Assembly (NCBI RefSeq): GCF_009914755.1
Contig: NC_060925.1
Strand: one strand, 5' to 3'
Length of the DNA stretch: 64,000 nt
From: the human T2T-CHM13v2.0 reference genome, Homo sapiens
Shown: piece after piece, positions 14,025 through 27,420 of the stretch
Position numbering within the stretch: the first letter of the stretch is position 1
Layout: each line of letters opens with the position of its first letter
Position numbers and translations under genes: made by a program
Notes under the pieces: generated by a model
The model's database searches: none
Told to the model about the DNA's origin: nothing
Seen by the model: the letters and a program-made list of their open reading frames with translations, nothing else

Positions 14025-14636
14025 CCAGCCGTTTTCTTGGTTCCAATTCTTATCATCATTTACCAGCCATTTTCATGGTTCTGATTCTTATCATCATTTA
14101 CCAGCCATTTTCATGGTTCTGATTCTTATCGTCATTTACCAGCCATTTTCATGGTTCTGATTCTTATCGTCATTTACCAGCCATTTTCATGGTTCTGATT
14201 CTTATCGTCATTTACCAGCCATTTTCATGGTTCTGATTCTTATCGTCATTTACCAGCCATTTTCATGGTTCTGATTCTTATCGTCATTTACCAGCCATTT
14301 TCATGGTTCTGATTCTTATCGTCATTTACCAGCCATTTTCATGGTTCTGATTCTTATCGTCATTTACCAGCCATTTTCATGGTTCTGATTCTTATCGTCA
14401 TTTACCAGCCATTTTCATGGTTCTGATTCTTATCGTCATTTACCAGCCATTTTCATGGTTCTGATTCTTATCGTCATTTACCAGCCATTTTCATGGTTCT
14501 GATTCTTATCGTCATTTACCAGCCATTTTCATGGTTCTGATTCTTATCGTCATTTACCAGCCATTTTCATGGTTCTGATTCTTATCGTCATTTACCAGCC
14601 ATTTTCATGGTTCTGATTCTTATCATCATTTACCAG
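14025..14636. repeat. 38-bp minisatellite, ~16 copies
   Basis: Unit GGTTCTGATTCTTATCGTCATTTACCAGCCATTTTCAT; unit starts run from 14039 to 14609 at exact 38-bp spacing. Confidence 0.98.
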
Positions 14637-15263
14637 TGCAAAACAGGTATTTCTATTACATTGAATTACAGTTACTTAATTGCACATCTTTTTTTTCCAC
14701 TGCAACATGGTCACGTTGAAGATAGGACTCCCCCCACCAGCCCCCAACCTTACACACATACACAAACACACTTGAGATATCTTATCCTACAATGTAACAT
14801 GTATCTGGCTCACAGTAGAAGCCCAAGAAATGTTTATTGAATTAATGATAAAAGATAAAGGAGCTTGAAAGTTAACACATTATATTGAGTTCTCCAAAGG
14901 CAAAAACAGTTTCTTTTTCATTATATTCTGAGTGTCTGGAATGAGAATAGTGGTTAATAAATGTTCACAAATTTAGTTGACTAGACTTTTTCATAAATAG
15001 TGCTACTTTTTTTAAGGCTTCAAAGCATTAGGATGCTTATTCTGGAAGACCTGTCAGATGGTTTAGAGATGGGGTGAGTACAAGTAGGCTCTTTCTATAG
15101 CCTAAGGAAGAAGTAATAGGTCCCTGAGTAACAAGATGAATGAGAATGAGACTGCAGAATATCCATCAGACATGGCAGCAGGTTGGAAATAGGGGTAACA
15201 CAGAGAAGGAGGACTAAAGAATAAGAGCTGTCTTAGATTCCTCATAGTTGCTAGTCTTTATCA

Positions 15264-15428
15264 TTTTTCTTTCTTTCTTTTCTTTTCTTTTTTTTTTTTT
15301 TTGGTAGAGATGAGGTCTTTCTATGTTGCCCAGGTTGGTTTCAAACTCCTGGCCTGGCCAGAAGTGATTGTCACACCTTAGCCTCCCAAAGTTTTGGGAT
15401 TATAAGCATGAGCCACTGAACATGGTCA
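15264..15428 (-). mobile_element. FLAM / Alu left monomer
   Basis: T-rich tail plus a single Alu monomer; degenerate TSD AGTCTTTATCATTT / AGTCTTACCATTT. Confidence 0.85.
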
Positions 15429-15490
15429 AGTCTTACCATTTCTAAAAATGGGTCTAAAACAGCTAAATAAATAACACACATTTCCCTGTA

Positions 15491-16280
15491 TAGTTGACCC
15501 TTGAACAACATGGAGTTAGGGTTACCACCCCCCTATGTAGTTGAAAATCCACATGGCTTTTGTTGTTGTTGTTTTTGAGACAGGATCTCACTGTCACCCA
15601 GGCTGGAGTACAGTGGCATGATCTTGGCTCACTGCAACCTTCGCCTTCCAGGCTCAAGTGATCCTCCACCTCAGCTTCCCGAGTAGCTGTTACTACAGGC
15701 ATGTACCACCAAGCCCAGATAATTTTTTGTATTTTTTTGTAGAGATGGGGTTTTGCCATGTTGCCTAGGCTGGTCTCAAACTCCTGGACTCAAGTGATTG
15801 CCCGCCTTGGCCTCCCAAAGTGTTGGGATTACATGCATAAGCCACCGCACCTGGCTGACATATGACTTGACTCCCAAGAAACTTAGGTACTGATATCCTA
15901 CCTTTGACTGGAAGCATTATTCATAACATAAGCAGTTGATTAGCACATGTATTGTATGTTATATATATTGTGTACTGTATTCTTACAATAAAGTAAGCTA
16001 GAGAAAAATGTTATTAAGAAAATCATAAGGAAGAGAAAATATATTTATTATTCATTAAGTGGAAATGGATCATCACAAAAGCCTTTGTCTTCATCGTCTT
16101 CACCTTGAGTAGGCTGAGGAAGAGGAGTGGTTGGTCCTGCTATCTCAGGGGTGGCAGAGGCAGAAGAGGTAGAGAAGGTAGAAGGAGAAGCAGGAATATT
16201 TGGTGTAGCTTTTATTCAAAAAAAATCTGCATGTAAGTGGACCTGTGTAGTTCAAAACCATATTGTTCAAGGGTCAACTG
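15491..16280. mobile_element. Tigger2-family DNA transposon interrupted by an Alu
   Basis: TIRs (T)AGTTGACCCTTGAACAA ... TTGTTCAAGGGTCAACTG, flanked by TA. Confidence 0.9.
15556..15856 (-). mobile_element. AluJ-like element nested in Tigger2
   Basis: Antisense Alu with CAGGCTCAAGTGATCCTCC, a J-type segment. Confidence 0.92.
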
Positions 16281-19200
16281 TATACTTAAGACCAAATAAG
16301 TAAATAATATAAAGCGAAAACATATATTTTATTTTCTAGTAGTGTTTCCTGGGACATCCCCCATGCCCCCATCTTTTTTCCTCCTAATTCCTCTCTTAGC
16401 ACATTGTCAGCTTCCATTCATCCTTGCAGTTCAGCCCAGGCATTGGATCTTATAACGGAGAGCATTTTGTGATTTCAGTTGGAGCACTGTGTCCCATCTT
16501 TTTCATGGTGTGTTAAATGTGGCTTTACAGTTCTGTAGCTCCTGTTAAACCATGAGCTCCTTGAGGGCACAGACCACAGACCACTTCTCTGGGCTTCTAG
16601 TACTGGGCACTTGGCCTGTCACATACATGTTGTTTTTTAAAGAAAATGCTAGTTAAAATCTAAATACATATTAGAATAGCCTTCTTTGATATTTGTGAAT
16701 GATGGAAGCCTAAAGGAAATAAAATTGTGCCTCAGTTTCCTCAATTCTGTGTTTTTGTTTGAGAAGTTAGAGAAATTCCAGCTTTCTGTTGAAAGTGGTT
16801 TTCTAACTGACGTTGAAAAACAAGAATTCATTTTCTCAGGCTTGGCCTGAAAACTTATGAAGAGAACTAAGTACAAGTTGTCCTATGCTATGATAATCTT
16901 GACTGCAGAGGCAGAAAAACTGAAGGCTATTTGCTTTTCTTTCAAGGAGAGAAAAAATACAGTTGCCTGAACATACTTTTTTTTTTTTTTCCTTAAATCT
17001 CAGAGCTCATTTTGTTGCCTGTGAGAGTTCAGAAAATTGCACTTTTGAAAATCAGGCTTAAGTGTTACTGTATAAGGGGAGAACATAACTTTTGACTTAT
17101 TGAGTACTGTTTCTCAAAGGACTTTTAAAGTTCTCTTAGAAAAGGGAAAGGAAAACTAGTATTTGAAGTTTTTATTCAGGAAAGGATCTTTGTTCCATTT
17201 TACCAGTTGTTTTGGTACCCTAAGGACATAGCTTTGAATTCTTAGGTTCTTTAATGGTTGATTAAAGTAAGGCATACATTCCTTTTTAATTACTTTTTTT
17301 TAATGTGATGGATGAGGCATTTTTCACAAGCTGTTAATTCTCGGTGATCATAAAGGAGCAATTTAATCTTATCTTTCATTTTCTAGGAAGAAAGTATAAT
17401 CCAGAAAAAAACACTCAGTTACCTAAGCCTAAAGTGCAGGGTTGATAAAGAATGGTAGAAGATGAGGTTGTATAACAGGGATGGCGTCTTATGATCAGGA
17501 TGAGCCACACCATCTTGTGGCATGCTCAGATTTATGTTTTAGATAACGTTAATGTAAGTCATTCTGAACAGGCTGTGTGGAACATGAGAAGGATACCAGT
17601 CATTGACATCACCTAAGATGGTGACAAGACCTAGAAAGAAAGATCAAGTCAAGCATAGAAGTTTTCATCAATGTAAGGAACCAAACATTATTGGTAGATG
17701 ACATGAGGGGCAGATGGAGGAATTTGGGAAAATGTTGATGAGCCGGTTTTATTCTGACCTCATCTCTCAGCTCTGTGGTAGCAGGATATGGAAAACATAA
17801 GCAGTCTCCGCTTGGGAGGAATGATGGAAGATGGTGTCTACAGGGGAGCCAGGTTTCAGTAACGGAAGGATGTAAAGGGTGCATTAAGTGAAAGGATGTT
17901 ACCATGGAACAAGGCCCAAAAAGTTATGTATGTCACGCATCTCAGTCTTTTTAAATTTAACTCTGTGTCTGTTTTTGAGATTAATTCATTCATTGATAAA
18001 AATATTTATTGAGCATCTGTTGTTTGCCAAGCACAGCACTAGATATCAAGGTGTACAGTGATGAGTGCATAAGTTCTTGAAAATGGACAGGATGTGTACT
18101 CATCATGTTGTATATGTATTAGAGTTAGGTGACATATTTAGGAATATGTGGATATTTGGAGTTTTTGAGTTTTATAGGCTTCGTAAGTAGAACTTAGCCT
18201 GTTTATTGAATCAAACAAAGATGAAAATTGGTCCAAATAGAGATCTATTCTGTAGATATCAAAAATTTCTTGCCATAGTCTCCCATTATAATAGGACATA
18301 AAAGTAAGATGAGATCTCTGCAGTGGCAGGGGGGTTTCCTAACTTTCAGATCATTCTGATTTGAGACCTAGGATAACACATTTATAGTTACATTTTTATT
18401 CTGGGGTTATTCATTCATTTATTCAATATAGTCTTACTGAGTATGCCAGCACTCTACTACATGCTCAGAATATAACAGGAGACAGGTAGATAGGATCCTT
18501 GCTCTCATGAAGTCTATATTCCATAAAAGTAGTCATTTTTGATAACTAACTCTCTGGGTACTTACATATATCATCTGTAATCCTGTGACAACCCTGATAG
18601 CTACAGGATAATAATATCCAGCTTTATAAATGTGAAAAATCAAGACTGTGGGAAATTAATTGGAATTAGCTGACATCACCTTTCCTAAAAGAATGTTGGT
18701 GTCAAATGCATGCAACACACCATGCTATGCTGCCTGCTGCAGGCTACTGTGTCAAGCAGAGTTTTGTGTTAGGTGTTAACATGAGGGTAGAAAAGAAATG
18801 AGGCCTGGTTTTCAGAGAGCCTACAGTTTATTGTATCACAAAACTAACACTAAAACTCCAATAGAAAAATGAATAAAGGGAAACAATAATTTACACTAAA
18901 AAATTCAAATAGCTAATAAATGAGAAACATTGTATTTTACTTACAAAGAAATGAAAGTTAAAATAATGCGATATCATTTTCACCCATCCAGGTAGAATGT
19001 GTTTTTTGATGGGAATATTCAGTGTATAGGTGTAGTGATCTCTCTCAAGTGCAGCTATTAGAAGCGTATTTCTTTGAATATCTATTGTGAAAACAAGCAG
19101 TATTTATCAAGAGCCTTGTAATGTTTATGCCTTTTAACGATGTAATGATATTTCTAGGTGTCTATATAAAGAAATGGCTAAAAACTCACATCACATCATT

Positions 19201-19806
19201 TTCAAAAATGCTTACCACATTTTTGTTTGTATCAGGGAAAATTTGAATGTAAATAAAGGCCAATCTAGATGACATAATGTTGTACTGCCACTCTCAATAA
19301 ATAATAACTTTGAAAAAACAATGTAAAACTTTATATGTAATATTCTAATTGTGACAAATAGATATATGGATTAATTAATAAATACATTAATTCAGACTAC
19401 ATTAATAAACTGAAAAGAAAAATATTGAGAGGAGTTATTTCTAGTTATGTAGAGGTGATCTGTATTTGTAACCTCACACATTATACAAATTACCTAAAAT
19501 GAGCCATTACATTTATGTAATAATAATTGCATTCTTTTTTACCCTCTTCTTTGACCCCTACATTTGGGTTGGAAAGTGAGGTAGGACAGAGGTTGTCAAG
19601 AGGTGATTCCAATCCAGTTTTCAGAGCTGTTCTTAAAGAACTGAAATGCATTTATTTCCCTAATAAAACATATTATTTATTTGATTTATATTTATAAAGC
19701 TAATATGGGACATAGTCAAATTTACATAACTTATAAGCTCTTGGTGTATTTCAGTCATTTCGTTTCAGTACACACAGATATAATAGTAGTACTTATTTCT
19801 TCACAG

Positions 19807-20026
19807 GTTTTACAACTGCCTACAGCATGCTTTGGAAAGGGAAACGATGACTAACTTACATCCCAAGATCAAAGAGAAAAATAACTCATCATATATTCAT
19901 AAGAAAAAAAGAAACCCAGAAAAAACACGTGCCCAGTGTATTACTAAAGAAAGTGATGAAGAACTTGAAAATGATGATGATGATGATCTAGGAATCAATG
20001 TTACCATCTTCCCTGAAGATTACTAA
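19807..20026 (+). CDS. TYW3: TYW3 terminal coding exon (probably exon 6)
   Basis: tttcttcacag|G completes the AG-G Arg codon, then [75 protein letters not shown]. Matches the recalled C-terminus of 259-aa human TYW3. Confidence 0.97.
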
Positions 20027-20292
20027 GCTTTGGTTCTGATGTGTCTTGGCCGTAATGTTTCTAGTAGGTTTTATAAAGCTGCTCTTCATAAGAGTATTTT
20101 AGTTTGTTGAGTGTATCAGCCATTCATAAGCCAGTAATGACAAGTGCAGAGCTTCAAACTATAACTTTGTTGCCCAGAGGATGTGCAGTTGTCATCTAAG
20201 CTCTCAGCAGTACCCGGCTTATCCTACGACTTCACCTGAAATGCTATAGTTATCCCTACTTTTTTACCAGTTTCTCCCAGAAGCACCTGCTT

Positions 20293-20298
20293 AATAAA
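20293..20298 (+). terminator. Proximal polyadenylation signal candidate
   Basis: AATAAA 267 nt after the stop, with GT-rich GATGTTTGAATGGTGTCTTATT downstream. Confidence 0.55.
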
Positions 20299-21897
20299 TC
20301 AAAGATGTTTGAATGGTGTCTTATTCTGAAATAACCTGACCTAAGACAGGTATTTAGATTATTTTGGATACATTTTGAAAAGGGATAGCATAAATATTTT
20401 AAGTAAAAAGACCTTTATTTTAAATAATAGTGGATATTTTAATGCTGGAAATTAGCATTATAGTTGATATGCCAGAAATTATATCTTTGGTTGTGATTTA
20501 AACTTATGCTATAAACTAAATTAATGATGTAAATACATAGTTTTAAACATTCTTTTAGGGACATGTAACTTTTAAGTATCACTTCAATAATACGTATTAT
20601 TATAGGAACAAAGATTTGGGAATAATTGATTACAGGTGAGGAAGTACTGGAATTCCAGTTCAAGGAGATACCATTTCATTTAGGACTAAAAGGACAAGAT
20701 ACAAGTTCACATGATGGGAAAAATCAGAAAACCTCTCGCAGACAAAGGGTATATAATGGATATGAGGCATCAAAAAGCATGGTATAGTCAGTGATGGGGA
20801 ATAGTCCAGAAAGGCTGAAACACAGCATGTGATGCGAGTCAAGGTAGTTGATGCCCAACTGTGAAGGGCCGTTCTAATCTAGCATGGAGGTAGACAGTGT
20901 TTCCTTAATATGGCTGCATATCAGAATTACCTAGGTCAGGACGAGGCATGGAGATGCTACTTTAATAGGCCCTGCCGCAGATCTTCCAAACCAGAATCTT
21001 AATCCTGGAGTCTAGGAATCTTTATTTTTCACACAACTCATCCAAGTGGTTCTGATAAAATCAGTCCAGCACTTTTAGAACCCACTGATAACAGACTTAT
21101 TCCTGGAGACAGCATTTGAGGAGGAATTGAAGATTTTTCTAATGAAAAGAAAAAGGGTCACATGAACAGATGTTGCAGTGTACCTGTGCCAGGGATTTCA
21201 TGTGTACACTTTATAGGAGAATAAGCAAGAGCTTAGGTAAGTTATAGTCCTTACCATTGGGTCTAAGGCAGTTTCCAGGAAAGCATGGCAACTCGTTCAG
21301 CTATGTAAGTTGAACTCTGTACCACTTGGGAGGGAACATTCCCCTAGATGACAATGTCAGTGGCACTCGAAGTTGTGCAGTGCACATTCTTATCTACCAA
21401 CATATACAGCAGTCCTTCTGGGAAGGAAATTTGGGCAGGAAAGGGAACTCACAGTGTCGGAATGCCTGGAGCATTTCTTCTAGTCTGGTGGACAGAATAT
21501 GAAAGTATCTGCCTGGCAGTGCAGTAAATGAAAAGAGAAGATAAATGAATAAAAAAAAAAGTTATAAATAACAGTAGGAAAGAGAGAGTGCAGGTGGAAC
21601 GAGCCTATCCTGTGGTGAAATGACAACACATTCTGCAGTTTTAAAATCTAAGAGGCTCATTGACTTTTCTTCATTCATTTAAATTGATCTCCAAGAAAAC
21701 TATGTATTTTAAAGATTCCATAAACTGAATATATGAATGAGAATTAAGAAGAGAGGGGCTGCTTCCTAATCTGTTTATATAAGGTATAGTATAGTATAAT
21801 CTGTTTATATAAGGTTAGTAGAGAGGAGACACCAGGTGCTGGCCATAAACCTAAGAAGACATTGAATCCCATTCACTCCTTAACATTCCTTAATATA

Positions 21898-22996
21898 CAT
21901 TCATGAGCTACATAACATTTTAATCATCAATGATGGACCATATACCATATATGATATGGTGGCCCCATAAGATTATAATGGACCTGAAAAATTCCTATTG
22001 CTAGTGATGTGGTCATTGTAAAGCTGTAGCACAACACATTACCCACGTTTGTGGTGACAGTCATATAAAAGTATGGTACATATAATTATGTACAGTGCAT
22101 ACATAATACTTGATAATATGTTACTGGTTTGTGTCTTTGCTATGCTTTTTATCATTATTTTAGGGTATACTACTTAAAATGTTAACTGTAAAACAGCTTC
22201 TGACAGGTCCTTCAGGAAGTACTCCAGAAGAAGGCATTGTTATCATAGAAGGTGACAGCTTCATGTGTGTTATTGCCCCTGAAGACCTTCCAGTGGTACA
22301 AGATGTGGAGGAGGAAGACAGTGATACTGAGGATTCTGACCCTGTGTAGGCTTAGGCTAATGTGTGTGTTTATATCTTAGTTTTTCACAAAAAGGTTTTT
22401 CCAATGTTAAAAAAAATATATAAAAAAGCTTATAGAATAAGGATATAAAGAAATATTTTTTACAGCTGTACAATAAGCTAAGCATTATTACCAAAGAGTC
22501 AAAAAGTTTTAAGAAATTAAAGTTTATAAACCAAATGTTCATTGTGAGCCAAGGTTAATTTATTGAAGAAATAAAACATTTTTAATGAAATTTTGTGTAG
22601 TCTTAGTGTCCAGTGTTTATAAAGTTTATACAGTAATACGTTTATACAGAACATCCTAGGCCTTCACATTCACTCACCACTCAGTGACTCACCCAGAGCA
22701 ACTTCCAGTACTGCAAGCTCCATTCATGGTATGTGCCCTGCACAGATGTGCTATTTTTCACCTGTTATACTATATCTTAATTGTACCTTTTCTATGTTTA
22801 GATATGTTTAAATACATAAATACTTATCATTGTGTTACAATTGCCTACAGTAGTCAGCACACTAACATGCTGTACGGGTTTGTACCCTAGAAGCAATAGG
22901 CTCCACCATGTAGGCCCAGTAGTGATGTTTGCGTGACTAAATCACCTTACAACCCATTTCTCAGAACATGTTTCTATTGTTAAACAACACACAACT
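21898..22996. mobile_element. Tigger3b/Golem-like DNA transposon in the 3'UTR
   Basis: GGTGGCCCCATAAGATTATAATGG...CAGGTCCTTCAGGA...CCAGAAGAAGGCATTGTTATCATAG...CATTTCTCAGAAC. Confidence 0.85.
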
Positions 22997-23142
22997 ATTT
23001 TATTTATGTGTTTTATTTATGCCTGATCACCAATATCAATAACTGAAACACAGCAGTTTAGTAATAATTTAATACACACCATAACCTGCCTATTGAGAAT
23101 GGCATTATATTTGTTTGTTTTCATTGTAGTGGCTCCATCCAA

Positions 23143-23148
23143 AATAAA
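23143..23148 (+). terminator. Distal polyadenylation signal candidate
   Basis: AATAAA with upstream TGTA (23125) and a downstream T-rich tract. Confidence 0.5.
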
Positions 23149-23761
23149 ATGATTTTTTTCCTTCCTTCAGGATGAAGGCAAGCATTTATTCCTACGGTCT
23201 GGATTCCTCATATCACCTACAAGTTAACTGCTTTTGTGTTCTAAAAGAGAGAGGAAAAATGAAGTCAACCTTATTGAAAAACAAGGAGGGAAACTAAGGA
23301 ACATGCTTTTGCTTTTGAGGTTCTAGGCCAGAAGTCATAAGCTGTAACTTGTCCAAGTTATGGCCAAGCAGATATGTTTTGTTTGGCCCACATGGAGTAT
23401 ATTTTTTCTAATTGAATCAACATTTTAAAATATGATGATTTAATATTTAAAACTATAAAGCGCATCTCTAGTTTGTTTTGTGTGTGTTTTTTTAATTGGA
23501 AGATCTGGCTGGAGCCGTCTCACATTCCCACAGGACAACACTTAGCCGTTCAAGTACTAGCTCCTCCTTTTGGATAAGACTTGTTTTCCTATTCACCCCA
23601 GACCCAGCACCCCCTACTGGTTCCCTGACACAACTGCTTCAATCATTTACACATTGTTTGGTCCCTGTGGGCACCAGCATTGGCAAACTTTGGTTAGATC
23701 TTTGGGGAGAATTAAAGTCTATTATTATGTTAGTATATTATATAATAAATAAGAGATGGGA

Positions 23762-23935
23762 GCAGGATCAGCTATATAATTTTCAAAGGACAGTGCAAAA
23801 TGAAAATGTGGGACCCTTAAAAAAGGTTTAAGAATTACAACATGGCAACAGCGGAGCACTAAATCACGTACAGGTACATCTAAGCACGGGGCCCTATGCA
23901 AGCTGCACAGGTTGCACATACGTGAGGCTTGGTGC
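23762..23935 (-). mobile_element. MER91A-like (hAT-Tip100)
   Basis: CAGTGCAAAATGAAAATGTGGG...GGGGCCCTATGC...CTGCACAGGTTGCAC. Confidence 0.7.
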
Positions 23936-26224
23936 TTTAAGGGAAATGGGTGCCTTCCCACTCAACTGGGTGTTTAACCCTCCTCCCCACATTGAGAAAG
24001 AGGCAGAGTGCTGCAGATTCTGTGATGTGCCAGGACTTGACTCCTGCTCACATGTGGCGCCCTTGGGTTCCAGGACAATGGGTAGCTGTTTGGAAGCCTG
24101 CAAGGGTGGATGTTTTGGAAGCTAGGGCAAAGATCTCAGTGGCTACCCTTAGATGGAGTAAACCGTAGTCCTTTTCAGAGCCACTTGATTTCAAATGTGA
24201 GCAAAGGCAGTGATGAGCACCACGTTTTGAAAACAAGGGCTTTCTCCATTTTGAGATGAGTTATATGATTTGCTGGGTTAAGTGTTGAAGAGCCATGAAA
24301 AATGATCACCATCTTTATTCTTATAGATGGCTCCTTGAGCAGGCTTTAATTTGACTGGAGTTGCGGGGAGTAAATATTACACTCCCATATAAGGTGTATA
24401 ATAGTGACTATTTTTTAGTTATGATTTTTGGCTTTTAAAAATGGGCTTTGACCTTCAAGCCTCTTCTTTCCATACTCTACTGGGCTTCTGTCAACATTCA
24501 CGCTTCTCTAATGCAATAGGATTTTAATATTCACAAATGCTAATGTTTTTAAACTTAACAGTCCTTTAATGTCCTGGGTTTTTATGCATTCTATTCTTGC
24601 CAAGCAAGAATTTATGAGCCCTTTTTGGTTTTGCCTTTAATGTGGTTGAATTTAAACTATAACTTTAACTCATTGCAAATTTTATTTATTTATTCATCTA
24701 TTTTAATAACATTTTTTGGAACAGTTTTAGGTTTACAGAAAAATTGAGAGAAAAAGTTCCGATAGTTCCCATGTACCCACTTCATCTGCCCACACATGAT
24801 ATCCTTTATCTTATATATCCTACATCTTACATTAGTGTGGGACTTTTTGTTACAATTGATAAGCCAAGATTGATGTTTCTTGACTAAAATCCATATTTCA
24901 TGCCTCTCTTCATCTCTCTTCAATTCTGTTCTCTCCTGTAACTATTAGTCTATTAGTCCTATATTATACCTACTTATGGGCCTATTCTCCATATTGTCTA
25001 ATCTTTTCATCCCCCTTCACCAGCTTCTCTTCATCTCTATGTGTGTCATTCTGTGTCATTCACTCGGGTTATTGTTTAGTTAACTCATACCCTCTTCAAC
25101 TGTGTCTAATCTACTGCCTAGATAGTCCATTGAGTTTTACATTTCAAAGATTATATTTAATTATTTCTAGTTCTTTTTGGTTCATTTTCAAATCAGAGGC
25201 AGATTATTTAAAGGTTCTAATAATTATTTCTTTCTATATACCTTTTCCCAGATATTTCAATAAATTATATTTACACAAACCTTTCATACACTTGTATATT
25301 ATAGAAATGATCTACGTTCTTTAGCTATTCCAAGGATAATTGAAAAGAATGTCCTCACCACCACCAAATCTAAACCATGCAAGAAGAAAGTGAACTATTT
25401 CTCAATAACCAGATTGTTTACATGCCATTTTTATTATTTATTCATTTACATGACAAATATTTTTTGAGCACCCACTATATGTCAGTCACATGCAACAGGA
25501 CAAGGACTCTGCCTTCATAGAGCTTTCCTTCTAGTAACATTATTAAAGACTTTGTTTGTATTGGCACTTGCCTAGGATCTTTAGTGCTCTTTAAATTTTA
25601 CTCATCAATCAGGGCTCAGCTCAAATGTTAACTCTTTTGAGAAGCTTTCCTAAAAGCTCATTTCATAATTAACTTCTTACATTCCTGTTTTTCCATAGCA
25701 CTTTCCCAGTACTATATATACATAGCATTTTGTTTATACTTACATAACCACACAAACCAAGAAATCTCTTGGTAGCTATTAATTGCATACATATATATCT
25801 ATCCATCACCACCATCATATTAAACTTTGACTAACTGAGGGACAAAGCTGTTTTTCCAATATTTTTATATCCCCAGCATCTTGGACGTTGTTGTTTTTTT
25901 AACAACTACTTTCTATTCTGGTTTATAAATGCATTGTAGCTGGGAGAGTTCATGAGTATTATGTAATTCATTATTTTATAAGCAAATGACAAAATCCCTA
26001 ACCAAATCTATATTACTATTCAATTCTTGAAGGAATCTTGAAATTGATAAAGTTAAATGACTGAAGTTAAAAAAAAGATGCTTAGAAGCCACTAAACACG
26101 TGCATAATACTATTCTTTATATCTCACAAAATATCCAAATTTCCAGATGTTAGTATTCCAAGATATACCTTGTGACTAAACATGATAGGTCTTGTCTTTC
26201 TTTTTTCACACCAAGCCTTTTGAA

Positions 26225-27420
26225 AGCCTTTTTATTTTGAAATAACTTCAGATCTACAAATAAGTTATAATAGCACTAAGAATTCCTGAATATACTTTAC
26301 CCAGAGTGACCATTCTCTCTCTCTCTCTCATATACAGACATACAGTACATATGAATAATCTCATATAAATATACAAACTTTTGAGAGTAAGTTAAATATA
26401 TTTTACTCTTCACTCTTAAATATTTCAATGTATATTTCTTTAGAACCAGGAAAGTCTCATATAATCTCAGAAAAATTATAAAATCAGGAAATCTAACAGT
26501 TATACAACATAATTATATAATCTGCAAAACTTATCCAAATGTCATCATTTGTCCCAATGATATTCTTTGTAGGATAAACTGAATTGCATTTTGTTTCATA
26601 TTTCTTTAATCTTGTTTAATAGTACATAATTGGTTATAAGCCTCTGCCTTTGATAACATTGACAGGCTTGAAGAATACAGGAAAATTTAATAGCCATCGA
26701 TTTATATTTTTAATATTCATTTTTAACTAGGTTCAAACTATGCATTTGGAGCAAGAATATTATATAAGTGATGTGTTCTTGTCAAAGCATGACTTCAGTG
26801 GGTACAGGATTTCAGTTTGTCCCATTATTGGTTATGTTAACTTTGATCTCTTGGCTAATGTGGTGTCTGCTAGGTTTAATGGTAATTTTCCCTTTTGTAA
26901 TTAATAAGAAATTTTAAGGATGCTCTACTTTGAGAATATGTAAATAACCTATTTTTATCCAACTTTTACCCACTAATTTCAGCATCTGTTGATTATTCCT
27001 CTCCAAATAAGTTATTACTATGATTGCAAAATAATGATTTGTTACCTCCATTATTCCTTCTACGTTTATTAATTGGCATTCAACTTTAAAAGACAGCTTT
27101 GCTTTCACACACTCTCCCCACATATGAACTCATGGATTCTTGTTTGATTCAAAAGGTTATAATCCATTGCTATCATTATTTATTTTAATGTTCATATTAT
27201 TCCAGATTTGACCAGTGGGAGTCCATTCAAGTTGACCCCTGTCTACTTTTAACGTATCTCTTTCAGTGTTTGAGCATCTCCTCATTATCTTGCACAAGGA
27301 GGCCTTCCAGGCTCATCTTGTACATTCATCTCCCCCAGTCATAGAATCAGCCAAAGAACCCCAATTCGTTTCGGTGGGGACTGGCATTTAGAAACAAAGT
27401 TCCTAAGCAATAAGTGTGTT
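26225..27420 (-). mobile_element. Old L1MC/L1ME-like fragment
   Basis: TTTTATTTTGAAAATAACTTCAGA...TGTTAACTTTGATC...CCAGATTTGACCAGTGGGAG...CCAGGCTCATCTTGTAC. Confidence 0.7.

Larger units (their letters stand above)
20027..23170 (+). other. TYW3: TYW3 3'UTR (3' end inferred)
   Basis: Follows the stop codon. AATAAA signals at 20293, 22570 and 23143; the last is followed by T-rich sequence. Confidence 0.6.

Noticed and set aside
14025-14636. CRISPR-like array (38-bp repeats)
   Set aside because: Units are head-to-tail with no unique spacers, there are no cas genes, and the context is a human intron; it is a minisatellite.
19832-20026. Stand-alone 64-aa protein
   Set aside because: Begins at a TTG inside the TYW3 terminal exon; not an independent gene.
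21767-21815. 30-bp-period duplication TAATCTGTTTATATAAGGT in the 3'UTR
   Set aside because: Ordinary small slippage duplication with no sign of function.
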